This document shows positions 45,266 to 58,157 of a stretch of 64,000 nucleotides of DNA, in pieces. Source of the stretch: Clostridia bacterium (lineage in GTDB: Bacteria; Bacillota; Clostridia; Oscillospirales; CAG-272); NCBI GenBank assembly GCA_017942005.1, contig JAGAVJ010000003.1:101700-165699 (forward strand), given 5' to 3'. Under the pieces are notes generated by a model. It was not told the origin of the DNA, did no database searches, and saw only the letters and a program-made list of their open reading frames with translations. The stretch's first letter is position 1. Each line of letters begins with the position of its first letter. A program made the position numbers and the translations under genes.

Positions 45266-46393
45266 ATGTATGTAAATACCGTAACCTATCAGAATTTCCG
45301 CAACATCGAAAACGCGGAGCTTACATTTTCCCCTGGCGTGAATATTGTATGGGGGGACAATGCACAGGGAAAGACCAATGCGCTGGAGGGAATCTATTGC
45401 TTTGCATGCGGAAAATCCTTCCGCGGCGTGCGTGACAAAGAGCTTCTGCGTTTCGGGAGTACATACGGCATGGCAGAGCTGCACTTTACCGATGCCAAAC
45501 GGGAACAGTGTCTCGGGCTGCAGCTGTCTTCCGAAAAAACAAGAGGGATGCGCCGCAACGGCGTACCCATCCGCAGATCGTCTGACTTTGTCGGCGTATT
45601 TCATGCCGTTCTGTTCTGCCCGGAACACCTCTCTATGATCAAAGGAGCGCCGCAGCTGAGACGGTCGTTCCTTGATACTGCCATCTGCCAATTGAAGCCG
45701 CAGTACCTGGCCGCGCTGTCCGATTATGCCCGGATTCTAAAGCAGCGCAATGCGGTGTTAAAGGATGCATCGCGCAGTGTTTCCGCCCGTATGCCTCTGT
45801 ACGAAGTGCTTACCGAACAGCTGGCGGCTCTGAATACCCGCATTGTGCTGACCCGCATGAAGTACATTCGCCTGCTCTCCCAAAGTGTCAACGAATTTCT
45901 TTCCGACATGACAGGCGGACGGGAACATGTGACTTTGTCCTATGTCAGCGATGCTGCGCCGGAAGCACACGGCGGAAGTGTAGGTGCAGGTGCAGAAGAG
46001 ATACAAAAGGCGTTTTATGAGCTTTGCTGTTCCTATGCTGCGCGCGAATTTGCGGCGGAAACCACCCTGCATGGCTGTCACCGCGACGATATGGCAATTT
46101 TGCTCAACGAACGGGAAGCGCGGCTGTATGCCAGTCAGGGACAGGATCGCTCCATTGTGCTTGCAATGAAGCTGGGAGAGGGCGAATTGTCCCGCACAGC
46201 GACAGGAGAATATCCCGTGTTCCTTTTTGATGATGTATTAAGTGAACTTGACACAATGCGCGGACAGTATCTGATGCAGCGGCTGGGCGGCAGACAGGTG
46301 ATTTTAACGTCCTGCAATCCCTCGTTGTTTGCGGGAATGGATGTGCATATGATCCGGTGTACAGAAGGGGCTTATACCAATGTACAGACGTAG
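45266..46393 (+). CDS. recF: DNA replication and repair protein RecF
   Basis: MYVNTVTYQNFRNIENAELTFSPGVNIVWGDNAQGKTNALEGI (Walker A), FLFDDVLSELD (Walker B). Confidence 0.93.
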   Translation: MYVNTVTYQNFRNIENAELTFSPGVNIVWGDNAQGKTNALEGIYCFACGKSFRGVRDKELLRFGSTYGMAELHFTDAKREQCLGLQLSSEKTRGMRRNGVPIRRSSDFVGVFHAVLFCPEHLSMIKGAPQLRRSFLDTAICQLKPQYLAALSDYARILKQRNAVLKDASRSVSARMPLYEVLTEQLAALNTRIVLTRMKYIRLLSQSVNEFLSDMTGGREHVTLSYVSDAAPEAHGGSVGAGAEEIQKAFYELCCSYAAREFAAETTLHGCHRDDMAILLNEREARLYASQGQDRSIVLAMKLGEGELSRTATGEYPVFLFDDVLSELDTMRGQYLMQRLGGRQVILTSCNPSLFAGMDVHMIRCTEGAYTNVQT

Positions 46394-46462
46394 GAAACGC
46401 TTGTTTTTCCACGGATCCCGTCCTTGAAAATTTACCGTATCATGTAGGAAGGAGCATCTGCT

Positions 46463-46858
46463 ATGATCAAACATCTTCTTCTCCCATCGCAGGAAAGCAG
46501 CTGGAAGCGGCTGCATCTCGGTGCAGATACCACGGTGAAGCTGGACGATATCATCGGGATTTTCGATATGGATTCTGCCACGGTGTCGCCTGTGACAAAA
46601 AAATATTTAAATGCCGCCCAGCGCAGAAACCGTGTGCAGTTGGTTGCCGATGAGCTGCCGAAATCATTTGTTGTGGCAAAAAAAAGCTCCTGCATGATGC
46701 AAAGCGCCGTCTGCCGCAGAAAAAGCAATCGCGCGGAAAAACAACAGGCGGTGTGTGCGGAACAGGATACGCAAGAGAAGCAGGAAACGGTATATCTTTC
46801 GCAGCTTGCACCGGCGACGCTATTACAGAGAAGCAGCGGTTCCCACACGGGAGGCTGA
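46463..46858 (+). CDS. remB: DUF370 protein (RemB/YaaB-like) with an internal/C-terminal insertion
   Basis: LHLGADTTVKLDDIIGIFDMDSATVSP...PKSFVV...VYLSQLAPATLLQR resembles B. subtilis YaaB. Position between recF and gyrB is conserved. RBS GGAAGGAG. Confidence 0.75.
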   Translation: MIKHLLLPSQESSWKRLHLGADTTVKLDDIIGIFDMDSATVSPVTKKYLNAAQRRNRVQLVADELPKSFVVAKKSSCMMQSAVCRRKSNRAEKQQAVCAEQDTQEKQETVYLSQLAPATLLQRSSGSHTGG

Positions 46859-46947
46859 TTTAGAACGACTGGGCGGTGCCTTGTAAATAGAAGCGAAGGA
46901 AACGGTGCCCATCAAATGATTTACCGTGTTAACAAAAGAAAATAGAG

Positions 46948-49011
<2,064 letters not shown>

Positions 49012-49102
49012 CGGCAGCTGCTTTCCCATATTCTCCGTTGTCCCACATCTGTTCCTGCCTTTTGAAAAAGTTCAGTAAAAATAAGGGAGAAGATCATCTT
49101 AT

Positions 49103-50119
49103 ATGAACGTAGCAACACTTACCTTAAACCCGTGTATTGATAAAACCCTGTATTTCAATACTTCTTTTCGTACAGACGGACTCAACCGTGCTGCCTATTC
49201 TGTAACAAGTGCAGGCGGAAAGGGCATTAACGTCGCACGTATTTACCGCAAGCTGGGCATCCGGGTACAGGCTTTGGGATTTGCAGGCGGTACGACGGGA
49301 GATATGCTGCGTGCGCTGCTTGAAAAAGAGGATATTCAAACGAATTTTGTTGAAACCCTCTGCGATACCAGAATGTGCATCAAGCTCATTGACGCCACTG
49401 GCGTCTGCACCGAGGCAAACGAGTGCGGCGGACCGATTCAAGAGGAAGAATATAAAGCACTGAAAGCGCAGCTTGTTTCCTCTGCACATCTGTGCAGTTC
49501 CGCGCATTCAAACAGTGCCGAGGAAGACATCATTTTATTTGCCGGCGGAAGTATTCCGAATGGACTGCCGGATGATACCTACAAGCAGCTGATTAAAGAG
49601 CTGTCCAGTCTTGGAACAGGACATACTGGAACAGGAAAGCTGCGGTTCATACTGGATGCAGACGGAGCGGCACTGAGAGAGGGAATCACCGCATCCCCAT
49701 GGCTGATCAAGCCGAACTGTGCGGAGCTGTCCGGGCTAATCGGCTATGAAATTACCGGAAGAACCGCACTGGAAAAGGCAGAAAACGCCGCAAAGGCATC
49801 CCGCCGCATCCATGCACAGTATGGTACCAATGTACTCTGTACACTTGGCGGGGATGGCGCGGTTTATACGAATGCGGACGGCGCCTATTACGTCAATGCC
49901 CCGCACGTGACCATGCGCGGCTTTACAGGCGCCGGCGACACCTTCCTTGCATCGTTTGTCTTTGCCTATGAAAAGAACGGCAGCGATGTGGAATCCGCTC
50001 TCTGTTTTGCATCGTCCGCAGCAGCTGCAAAGGTAGAGCTTGCCGGTACGGAAATGCCTGACAAGCAGGCGATGATGCGGTTTGCAGAAAAGGTACAGGC
50101 AGAAAAACTGAGTATTTAA
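49103..50119 (+). CDS. PfkB-family sugar kinase (1-phosphofructokinase/tagatose-6-P kinase-like)
   Basis: LTLNPCIDKT, GGKGINVARI, GAGDTFLASF. Contains a short Ser/Ala/His-rich insertion. Confidence 0.8.
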   Translation: MNVATLTLNPCIDKTLYFNTSFRTDGLNRAAYSVTSAGGKGINVARIYRKLGIRVQALGFAGGTTGDMLRALLEKEDIQTNFVETLCDTRMCIKLIDATGVCTEANECGGPIQEEEYKALKAQLVSSAHLCSSAHSNSAEEDIILFAGGSIPNGLPDDTYKQLIKELSSLGTGHTGTGKLRFILDADGAALREGITASPWLIKPNCAELSGLIGYEITGRTALEKAENAAKASRRIHAQYGTNVLCTLGGDGAVYTNADGAYYVNAPHVTMRGFTGAGDTFLASFVFAYEKNGSDVESALCFASSAAAAKVELAGTEMPDKQAMMRFAEKVQAEKLSI

Positions 50120-50125
50120 TCAATC

Positions 50126-50292
50126 GGGGCGCTGCCCCAAGCCCTGTTCAGGGGGCTTTTTGAAAAAAGCCCCCTGAAAACCCGCAAAAACTTTTTGCAC
50201 ATATAAACATATAAATCACTTTACCCCAAAAGAAAGTTTTTTGAAAAGGGTTCGGGAAAAAGCTTTTTTCTAAAAAAGTTTTTCCCGAGCGT
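50126..50292. repeat. MITE-like unit with two inverted palindromic arms, 7 nt after the kinase stop
   Basis: GGGGCGCTGCCCC + AAGCCCTGT + TCAGGGGGCTTTTTGAAAAAAGCCCCCTGA + AAACCCGCAAAAACTTTTTG ... CCCCAAAAGAAAGTTTTTTGAAAAGGGTT + CGGGAAAAAGCTTTTTTCTAAAAAAGTTTTTCCCG. Confidence 0.7.
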
Positions 50293-50330
50293 GTCACCGA
50301 AGAAAATCAGAGAAAGAAGCATAAAGAAGA

Positions 50331-53045
50331 ATGGCAAAGAAAACGAATCCTGAATTATCAAAGGATATCACCTTTGAAAACCAGAAAATAGTGCCGATCC
50401 GGATGGATACGGAGGTCAAGAAGTCCTTTATCGAATACTCCATGAGCGTCATTGTGTCTCGTGCCCTGCCGGACGTGCGCGACGGTCTGAAGCCTGTGCA
50501 CAGACGCATTCTGTACGCAATGTATGAAGATCATCTGACCTCTGATAAGCCGTTCCGGAAATCGGCGACAACAGTCGGTAATGTGCTTGGTCGGTATCAC
50601 CCGCACGGCGACACCGCAGTTTATGACTCTATGGTGCGTATGGCACAGGATTTCTCCATGCGGTATCCGCTGATTGAAGGACACGGAAACTTCGGCAACG
50701 TCGACGGCGACGGCGCAGCAGCATACCGTTATACGGAAGCGCGTATGGCAAAAATTGCCAATGAAATGCTGGAAAATATCGAAAAGGACGTTGTCTCCTT
50801 TTCCCCGAACTTCGATAATAAATTAAAAGAACCCGATGTGCTGCCCGCACGGTTCCCCAACCTGCTTGTCAACGGCTCTGTCGGTATCGCTGTCGGTATG
50901 GCAACCAATATCCCGCCGCATAACCTGGGAGAGGTCATTGACGGTACCATCTATTTTATGGAACACCCGGACGCTACGGTTTCCGACCTGATGGAATATA
51001 TCAAGGGTCCGGACTTCCCTACCTATGCGACCATCTACGGCACACAGGGGATTGTGGAAGCGTATACGACCGGACGCGGTCTGATTATGGTGCGCTCCAA
51101 GGCGGAAGTGGAAGAGGAAAAGCACCGCATCGTCATCACGGAAATCCCCTATGCGGTCAATAAGGCGATGTTGGTCAAAAGCATGGCAAATCTGGTCAAG
51201 GATAAACGCATTGAAGGCGTGACAGAAATCCGCGACGAGTCCGGACGTGCCGGCATGAAGATTGTCGTCGAATACAAACGCGATGCAAACGGTCAGGTGA
51301 TTTTGAATCAGTTCTATAAGTATACCCAATTGCAGGACACCTTTGCCGTCAATATGATTGCGCTTGTCAACGGAGAGCCGAAATGCCTGTCTCTGCCCCA
51401 GATTCTGCACCACTATGTCAAGCATCAGGAGACGGTCATTGAACGGCGTGTCCGCTTTGACTTAGATAAGGCGTTGGCACGTGCCCATATTTTAGAAGGA
51501 CAGATGATTGCAATTGAAGATATCGACGAGGTCATACAGACGATCCGTTCCAATGCTTCCATTGCAGACGCAAAGGCGGCATTGATGACCCGTTTCAGCC
51601 TGACTGACATGCAGGCGCAGGCCATTGTCGATATGACGCTTGGTAAATTGGCAGGACTGGAACGCATCAAAATTGAAGATGAATTGAAGGAAAAGGAAGC
51701 GCTGATCAAAGAATTGCAGGAGATTCTTGCAAGCGAAGGCAGAATTCATGAAATCATCAAGGAAGAAATGCTTGCCATCAAGCGCAAATATGCCGATGAA
51801 CGCAGAACGGAGATTGTCGCAGCCGAAAATGAAATTGTGCTGGAAGACTTAATCGAACGCCATACCTGCGTTATCACGATGACCAATTCCGGCTATATCA
51901 AGCGGCAGCCGGCAGATGCTTATGTGTCGCAGAAACGCGGCGGAAAGGGTATCATCGGTATGACCACAAAGGAGGAGGACGCGGTTGCCGATGTGCATAT
52001 CGTCCCCAGCCATGCGTTCCTTTTGATGTTTACAAACTACGGACGCGCCTATGTGCGGAAGGCATACCAGATTCCGGAAGCAGGAAGAACTGCCAAGGGG
52101 ACGAGCGTTGTCAATGTTCTGGAGCTGACGCCGGGAGAACAGGTGACGGCAATTATCGACATTCCCGCATTCCGGGACAATGAATATTTGATGATGGTCA
52201 CACGTATGGGTGTGATCAAGCGTGTCGCGGTCAAAGACTTTGAATTTCAGCGGCGCGGCGGCAAAATTGCACTGGATCTGGATGAAGGAGATTCCCTCGA
52301 CTTTGTCCGCAGAACCTCCGGCGATAATGATATCATTCTTGCGTCTCATACCGGACAGGCAATCCGATTCCATGAGTCACAGGCGCGTATCATGACGCGC
52401 GGCGCAAGAGGTGTCAGAGGCATGACCCTGGAAGAAGGAGACTATATCACAGGCGCGGCAGTGGTACCGCTGACCTTGAATGCAGAAGAAACGCCTTCCC
52501 TGTTTGCAGACAATGCGGAAGCTGCTGACGAAATGCCGCAGAACCAGAACCGGATGATGCTTTTGACCATTGCGGAGAACGGATACGGAAAGCTGACGCC
52601 GTTTGAAGAATATCCTGTCCATAAGCGCGGCGGCAAAGGAATTATCTGCCATGCCATCACGGAAAAGACCGGTCTTCTTGCCGGCATATCGACCGTTTCC
52701 ATGACGGATGACGTCATGATGATTACAGACGAGGGAACCATGATTCGTACACCTGTTTCAGATATTCGTGTCTGCGGCAGACCAAGTCAGGGCGTCATTG
52801 TCATGCGTATGACGGACGGCGCACACATCGTCAATTTTGCACCTGTCCGCGATGAGGAAGCAGCAGCCAAGGAAGCGCAGGAAAATGCGGCGTTGGTACA
52901 GGAACAGGACGATATGGATACCGAGACATTGAAAGACGAATTTTCCGATGACAGCACAGATAACCGTGCAGATGCGGATGAAATCGAACTTCTTGGATTT
53001 GATGAAGATGAGGATGCAGACAAGGAAGAGGATGGAGATATTTGA
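50331..53045 (+). CDS. gyrA: DNA gyrase subunit A with an acidic C-terminal tail
   Basis: [47 protein letters not shown] (active-site Tyr), beta-pinwheel CTD, about 60 aa D/E-rich tail. Confidence 0.97.
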   Translation: MAKKTNPELSKDITFENQKIVPIRMDTEVKKSFIEYSMSVIVSRALPDVRDGLKPVHRRILYAMYEDHLTSDKPFRKSATTVGNVLGRYHPHGDTAVYDSMVRMAQDFSMRYPLIEGHGNFGNVDGDGAAAYRYTEARMAKIANEMLENIEKDVVSFSPNFDNKLKEPDVLPARFPNLLVNGSVGIAVGMATNIPPHNLGEVIDGTIYFMEHPDATVSDLMEYIKGPDFPTYATIYGTQGIVEAYTTGRGLIMVRSKAEVEEEKHRIVITEIPYAVNKAMLVKSMANLVKDKRIEGVTEIRDESGRAGMKIVVEYKRDANGQVILNQFYKYTQLQDTFAVNMIALVNGEPKCLSLPQILHHYVKHQETVIERRVRFDLDKALARAHILEGQMIAIEDIDEVIQTIRSNASIADAKAALMTRFSLTDMQAQAIVDMTLGKLAGLERIKIEDELKEKEALIKELQEILASEGRIHEIIKEEMLAIKRKYADERRTEIVAAENEIVLEDLIERHTCVITMTNSGYIKRQPADAYVSQKRGGKGIIGMTTKEEDAVADVHIVPSHAFLLMFTNYGRAYVRKAYQIPEAGRTAKGTSVVNVLELTPGEQVTAIIDIPAFRDNEYLMMVTRMGVIKRVAVKDFEFQRRGGKIALDLDEGDSLDFVRRTSGDNDIILASHTGQAIRFHESQARIMTRGARGVRGMTLEEGDYITGAAVVPLTLNAEETPSLFADNAEAADEMPQNQNRMMLLTIAENGYGKLTPFEEYPVHKRGGKGIICHAITEKTGLLAGISTVSMTDDVMMITDEGTMIRTPVSDIRVCGRPSQGVIVMRMTDGAHIVNFAPVRDEEAAAKEAQENAALVQEQDDMDTETLKDEFSDDSTDNRADADEIELLGFDEDEDADKEEDGDI

Positions 53046-53108
53046 TCCCCTTCCGTTTCTCCATCACACACGTTCCTTTTCGCAAGGTGTTGTCTGATGA
53101 TGTTTGGT

Positions 53109-53130
53109 GGACTGTCGCATGCGACAGTCC
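53109..53130. repeat. GGACTGTCGCATGCGACAGTCC palindrome module
   Basis: Same 20 bp palindrome core as 11373-11392 inside the nested cassette. Confidence 0.6.
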
Positions 53131-53185
53131 GTTGGTCATAAATATGAAAAAAATGTAAACTATACAAAAGAATCCCCGATACCTA

Positions 53186-53237
53186 TTGCAATTTTCTTTG
53201 ATATCCGCTATAATAATAGCAATAGAATATTTGTTCT
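53186..53237 (+). promoter_or_regulatory. recA promoter with SOS box
   Basis: TTGCAA (53186-53191), 17 nt spacer, TATAAT (53209-53214). AGAATATTTGTTCT (53224-53237) has 1 mismatch in the GAAC-N4-GTTC core. Confidence 0.65.
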
Positions 53238-53359
53238 AAAAGCAGACTTTGATTTTATATAACGAAACGTAGGATGTCCCCGTCTCAATAGACGGCGGGA
53301 GCCACTTACGGATGTTGAATGACGGGGCGACGCCCCTTATTGAAAAGAGGAGACAATCC

Positions 53360-54562
53360 ATGGCAACCAAATCCAAAAAGGCGGAAGTTGTATCCGCATT
53401 AGAACAGCAGGATGAAAAGAATAAGGCGCTTGAAACCGCCATCGCACAGATAAAAAAAGCAAAGGGTGCAGGCAGCATCATGCGTCTGGGTGACAATGCA
53501 AAGATGAATGTACAGGCGATTTCCTCCGGTTCGCTGACTTTGGATTTAGCGCTTGGCATCGGCGGTGTTCCGAGAGGACGTATCGTCGAAATATACGGTC
53601 CGGAATCGTCCGGTAAAACGACCGTTGCCCTGCACATCATCGCAGAAGCGCAGAAAACAGGCGGAAACGCAGCGTTTATTGATGCAGAGCATGCGCTGGA
53701 TCCCAATTATGCAAAGGCGCTGGGCGTGGACACCGACAGACTGCTTGTTTCTCAGCCGGACTGCGGAGAAGATGCGCTGGAAATTGCAGACGCACTGGTG
53801 CGTTCCGGTGCGCTGGATGTATGCGTCATTGACTCTGTTGCAGCGCTGGTTCCGCAGCAGGAAATCGACGGGGACATGGGGGCAAACCATGTCGGACTTC
53901 AGGCAAGACTGATGAGCCAGGCTCTGCGCAAGCTTGCAGGCGCGATTTCTAAAACCAACTGTATCGTAATCTTTATCAACCAGCTGCGTGAAAAGGTCGG
54001 CGTCATGTACGGAAACCCGGAGGTGACAACGGGCGGTAAGGCGCTGAAGTTCTATGCATCGGTGCGTCTGGATGTGCGGAAAACCGAAAACCTGAAAAAC
54101 GGCGATGAGGTTTACGGCAACCATGTCAAGGTCAAGGTCGTGAAAAACAAGGTGGCGCCGCCGTTCCGTGTGGCAGAGTTTGATATTCTTTATGGAAAGG
54201 GAATTTCCAAGTCCTCGGAGATCATTGAAATTGCAACGGCACTTGACATCATTCAGAAGAGCGGTTCATGGTTCTCCTATAACGGAGAAAGAATCGGTCA
54301 GGGCAAGGAAAACGCGCGGAAGTTTCTGGAAGAGCATCCCGATTTGATGGCAGACGTTGAAAATCGGGTCAGAGAACAGTCCAAGAATGCCACTGTCGTG
54401 GAAGACGGTGACTATGATGCAGACGATGAAGATGATACCCTGTCGCTGAACGATGAAGGAGAGGGGATCACGCTTACCGGCGGTATGGGGATGGAATCCG
54501 ATGAAGACGACGATGAAACCGGACACTATTCTCTGAAAATTTCCGATATCGATGGAGAATAA
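53360..54562 (+). CDS. recA: recombinase RecA with an extended acidic C-terminal tail
   Basis: ATG 53360 after [57 protein letters not shown]. Confidence 0.97.
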   Translation: MATKSKKAEVVSALEQQDEKNKALETAIAQIKKAKGAGSIMRLGDNAKMNVQAISSGSLTLDLALGIGGVPRGRIVEIYGPESSGKTTVALHIIAEAQKTGGNAAFIDAEHALDPNYAKALGVDTDRLLVSQPDCGEDALEIADALVRSGALDVCVIDSVAALVPQQEIDGDMGANHVGLQARLMSQALRKLAGAISKTNCIVIFINQLREKVGVMYGNPEVTTGGKALKFYASVRLDVRKTENLKNGDEVYGNHVKVKVVKNKVAPPFRVAEFDILYGKGISKSSEIIEIATALDIIQKSGSWFSYNGERIGQGKENARKFLEEHPDLMADVENRVREQSKNATVVEDGDYDADDEDDTLSLNDEGEGITLTGGMGMESDEDDDETGHYSLKISDIDGE

Positions 54563-54571
54563 GCCGCCATT

Positions 54572-55429
54572 GTGAGAGAAAAGCATCATGCAGGTATTAT
54601 GATGGAAACACCCCCTGCAAGTAATATATGGAAACTCGAACCTGAGGACACAGTACGCTGCCGCAGTCGGAATCCAATCCAGATTGTTGTCGTCAGCGTT
54701 GTGCCGTCGGAGATGCAGCGCGGACGGTTCGACATCGGTGTAAAGCTGTCGGCGGGAGTGAATGGTTTTGATGAGGCTGAAAGCGAAAGAAACGGCCGTG
54801 AAGAGATACGGAACTTTGTTGTGTTCCTGTATTATTTGAAGCGGGAACCGTTTCTCGGACTTCTGCCGGCGACAGGGGAATTCCTGAATACCGAAGAATA
54901 TGAGGCGCTTGTATTTGCGGATGCATGTACACGTGCCACGCTTAAGGCAGCAGATTTTCTTGCCTATGGAGACAATACCGAAAAGCAGCTTTATGAAAAG
55001 CTGTGCAGAAAGGGATTTCCAAAGGAAGCATGTGCGGCGGCGGTCGGTTTTTGTGTCGAGAAGCATTATATTGATGAAGAAGATCAGCTGCGCCGCTTCA
55101 TGGATATGCTCTGCACACGGAAAAAATACGGACTGCGCCGTATCAGACAGGAGATTTACCAAAAGGGATTTTCCGACCGTGCGGTCAAGGCGGTATTTTC
55201 CGATATGGCGCAGACGCTTGATTTTGACAGTGCTGTGCGTTCCCGCGTTAAAAAGCTGGGGGCAGATGCATTTTCCGCTCCTGACAAAAAAAAGCGTGCG
55301 ACCGCTTCCCTGCTGCGGCTGGGATTTTCCTATTCGGAGATTCAAAGGGCGGTCAAAGCGGTGTTTGGCGCTGGAAGCGATTGGGAAGCGTCGGAGGAAG
55401 ATGCATGCTTTGACGAGGATATGTTTTAA
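54572..55429 (+). CDS. recX: RecA regulator RecX (start uncertain)
   Basis: Immediately downstream of recA. Repeated helical RecX motifs (EKQLYEKLCRKGFPKEACAAAVGFCVEKHYIDEE, RRIRQEIYQKGFSDRAV, RLGFSYSEIQRAV). GTG 54572 or an ATG near 54599. Confidence 0.75.
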   Translation: MREKHHAGIMMETPPASNIWKLEPEDTVRCRSRNPIQIVVVSVVPSEMQRGRFDIGVKLSAGVNGFDEAESERNGREEIRNFVVFLYYLKREPFLGLLPATGEFLNTEEYEALVFADACTRATLKAADFLAYGDNTEKQLYEKLCRKGFPKEACAAAVGFCVEKHYIDEEDQLRRFMDMLCTRKKYGLRRIRQEIYQKGFSDRAVKAVFSDMAQTLDFDSAVRSRVKKLGADAFSAPDKKKRATASLLRLGFSYSEIQRAVKAVFGAGSDWEASEEDACFDEDMF

Positions 55430-55545
55430 ACAAAAATAATGCCAAACGGTTTTGGTCAAGCTTTTTCAACAGCTTGCGGATTTTCAAGGCGGAGCCTTGA
55501 ATCGCTTCTTGAAAAGCAGCGAAAAAAGGAGACAAACACACATAC

Positions 55546-56892
55546 ATGAAAAAGAAATCAAAAATCGGATTTATTTCTCTTGGCTGTCCGAAAAATCAAG
55601 TGGACACCGAGGTCATGCTTGCCGATGTGGTCAAGGCGGGATATGAAATCACGCCGGACGACACGGAAGCGGATATTATCATCATCAATACCTGCGCTTT
55701 TATTGAGAGCGCAAAGCAGGAAGCCATTGACAACATTCTTGATGAAGCATGGCTGAAAAAGAATGCCAATTTAAAGGGAATCATCGTCACAGGCTGTCTC
55801 GCACAGCGGTACCGGGAACAGGTCTTTGAAGAACTGCCGGAAGTGGACGCTGTGCTCGGCGTTGGTTCTCTGCATCATATTGTAGAAGCCATTGAAGCGG
55901 TGGAACGCCGCCGCCGGTATTCCTCCTTTGACGAGATTGCTGACATGGAAACTGCGTCCGACCGCGTGGTGACGACGCCGGAATACCTTGCCTACTTAAA
56001 AATTGCGGAAGGCTGCGACAACCGCTGTACCTATTATGCCATTCCGGGTATTCGCGGCGCGCTGCATTCCCGCCCGATGGAAGAGCTTGTTGCAGAAGCT
56101 AAGGAAATGGAGTCGCTTGGCGCCAGAGAGCTTGTGCTCATTGCGCAGGACACCACTGTTTACGGCAAGGACCTATACGGAGAGAGCCGCCTTGTGGAAT
56201 TGATCCAGGCAATCACGCGGGAAACTGCCATTCCGTGGATCCGCGTGCTGTACTGTTATCCCGATAAAATCACAGATAAACTGGTGGAGGAGTTCCGCAC
56301 CAATGCGCGTCTGGTCAAATACATCGACCTTCCGGTACAGCATCTGTCTGACAAGATTCTGCACCGCATGAACCGCCGCGGCGACAGCAGTACCATTTAC
56401 GACGCGGTTGCACGTCTGCGCACTGTGCCGGGGATGGTTATCCGCTCTACGTTTATCGTGGGCTTCCCTGGAGAGACGGAAGAGGATTTCCGGCTTCTCT
56501 GTGAAGGCGCAAAGAAGCTGAACTTTGACCGTGCCGGTGTGTTTGCCTATTCCCGCGAGGAGGGAACGCCCGCGTATGATTTTGAAGAACAAATTGACGA
56601 ACAGACAAAGCAGGATCGCTATGATATTTTGATGCGGGAGCTTGCCGACCAAAGCCGCGCCCGTGCAGAGCGCATGATCGGTAAGACTGTAACGGTGCTT
56701 GTGGAAGGTTTTGACGCTGTGTCCGAAAATTATTTTGGCAGAACCTATGCGGATGCCTATGACATTGACGGCAAGGTGTTCTTCTCCAATGCCATCGGCA
56801 GCAGCCGCTTCACGGAAGGGCAGTTTGTGCTTGTCAAAATTACCGACTGCTATGACGATTATGATCTGGTCGGAGAAGCCGTGAACGGATGA
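55546..56892 (+). CDS. rimO: ribosomal protein S12 methylthiotransferase RimO (radical-SAM motif reads CxxxCxxY)
   Basis: IGFISLGCPKNQVDTE, IIINTCAF, VTGCLAQRY, AEGCDNRCTYYAIPG, TRAM-like C-terminus. See the RimO finding. Confidence 0.9.
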   Translation: MKKKSKIGFISLGCPKNQVDTEVMLADVVKAGYEITPDDTEADIIIINTCAFIESAKQEAIDNILDEAWLKKNANLKGIIVTGCLAQRYREQVFEELPEVDAVLGVGSLHHIVEAIEAVERRRRYSSFDEIADMETASDRVVTTPEYLAYLKIAEGCDNRCTYYAIPGIRGALHSRPMEELVAEAKEMESLGARELVLIAQDTTVYGKDLYGESRLVELIQAITRETAIPWIRVLYCYPDKITDKLVEEFRTNARLVKYIDLPVQHLSDKILHRMNRRGDSSTIYDAVARLRTVPGMVIRSTFIVGFPGETEEDFRLLCEGAKKLNFDRAGVFAYSREEGTPAYDFEEQIDEQTKQDRYDILMRELADQSRARAERMIGKTVTVLVEGFDAVSENYFGRTYADAYDIDGKVFFSNAIGSSRFTEGQFVLVKITDCYDDYDLVGEAVNG

Positions 56893-56902
56893 TGGGACAT
56901 TT

Positions 56903-56975
56903 GGGGCGTTGCCCCATACCCCAATCGGGGAACTTTTCGGTGAAAAGCTTCCCCGATACCCTTCAAAAGCTTTTA
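56903..56975. repeat. palindromic unit (GGGGCGTTGCCCC subfamily) 11 nt after the rimO stop
   Basis: GGGGCGTTGCCCC + ATACCCCAAT + CGGGGAACTTTTCGGTGAAAAGCTTCCCCG + ATACCCTTCAAAAGCTTTT. Confidence 0.65.
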
Positions 56976-57055
56976 AAGAGGAATTATCTCATTTCTTGCA
57001 GGCTTCTTTGTTTAACGTACATTCATTGAATAACTGTTTTTTTTGGAGAATGTTT

Positions 57056-57634
57056 ATGAATCTACCCAATAAACTGACCATTCTTCGTGTGTTCATGGCG
57101 CCGATTGCCATGATCTTCATCATGTTTCCCATTGGAGGGGAAACCGCTGCACGCTGTATTGCGGCAGTTGTCTTTATTCTGACATCGCTGACCGATATGC
57201 TCGACGGCAAAATTGCACGGAAGTACAATTTGATTACGAATTTCGGAAAATTTATGGATCCTCTGGCAGACAAGTTTATGGTCATCGGTATGCTTGTGAC
57301 CATGTGTGCGTCAGAACAGTATGCAGTGTTCCGTCCTGTCATGGTGTGGGTGACCATTCTCGTCATCCTGCGGGAGCTTGCTGTCACTTCCCTGCGCCTG
57401 CTGGTTGCATCCTCTGCGGAAAAAATTGTGGTGGCTGCAAGCTGGCTTGGCAAAGTAAAAACCGTATCGCAGATTGTCTGCATCCTTGTGATGATATTGG
57501 AGCCGATTTTGCTGCCGTTTGATTCCATGTTCATTTTTTCATGGATCACCATTGCATTCATGGGGATTATGACCGTATGGTCCGGTATTGACTATTTAAA
57601 GAGTTATCTTGCGTTTATCAATCCGAATGAATGA
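57056..57634 (+). CDS. pgsA: CDP-diacylglycerol--glycerol-3-phosphate 3-phosphatidyltransferase
   Basis: ATG 57056 lies 6 nt after GGAGA. NLPNKLTILRV. CDP-alcohol motif DMLDGKIARKYNLITNFGKFMDPLADK. Confidence 0.9.
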   Translation: MNLPNKLTILRVFMAPIAMIFIMFPIGGETAARCIAAVVFILTSLTDMLDGKIARKYNLITNFGKFMDPLADKFMVIGMLVTMCASEQYAVFRPVMVWVTILVILRELAVTSLRLLVASSAEKIVVAASWLGKVKTVSQIVCILVMILEPILLPFDSMFIFSWITIAFMGIMTVWSGIDYLKSYLAFINPNE

Positions 57635-57798
57635 GACCAACGGAAACAAACCGTCAAATCGAAATAGACTGCCTTTTTGATACGCACATCTTAAAGCGAT
57701 ATGCTTTTTTGTGCATTGTCTGGAAGGCAGTCTTTTCTGTTTGCACGCAAAAATGAAGATATCGTACAAGAAATCAGAATGATTTTGGAGTATAATAT

Positions 57799-57955
57799 AA
57801 CGTAAGTTCGATAGAATTCTCGGGTGAAAACTTTTCCCCAAACCCTTTTCAAAAGAATTTATCTATATTTTATTGGTTTCTCTGTTTAAAAGTTTTTGCG
57901 GAGGAGTTTGAGGAGGTGCTTTTTTCAAAAAGCATCTCCTCATTAAACTCACGTT
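57799..57955. mobile_element. MITE-like element (copy with an internal deletion)
   Basis: Ends are AACGTAAGTTCGAT ... AAACTCACGTT. The internal block matches the 16.5 kb copy with one substitution (GCGGAGGAG versus GCGGTGGAG) and lacks its central ~60 nt. Confidence 0.7.
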
Positions 57956-58157
57956 AATATAAATAATGTAGTGTGATGAGAATGGTTATGGATCATAAAA
58001 AATAGGGGGAGGATGTTATGCCAAAAGAGGTACGTACAATAGAGGAGCAGGGAGAGGGTGTTCCAATAGAAAATGACAAAAAAAGAAACAACAGGCTTCT
58101 GCAATGCTCCCATAGATGGAACAAAACAAAAAGTGCTGTTGTTTTTTTATGTTGTAA

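Noticed and set aside
54266-55459. 397-aa ORF on the minus strand
   Set aside because: It lies entirely antisense to the unmistakable recA 3' end and recX. It has no RBS and no recognisable motifs, which is typical of a shadow ORF.
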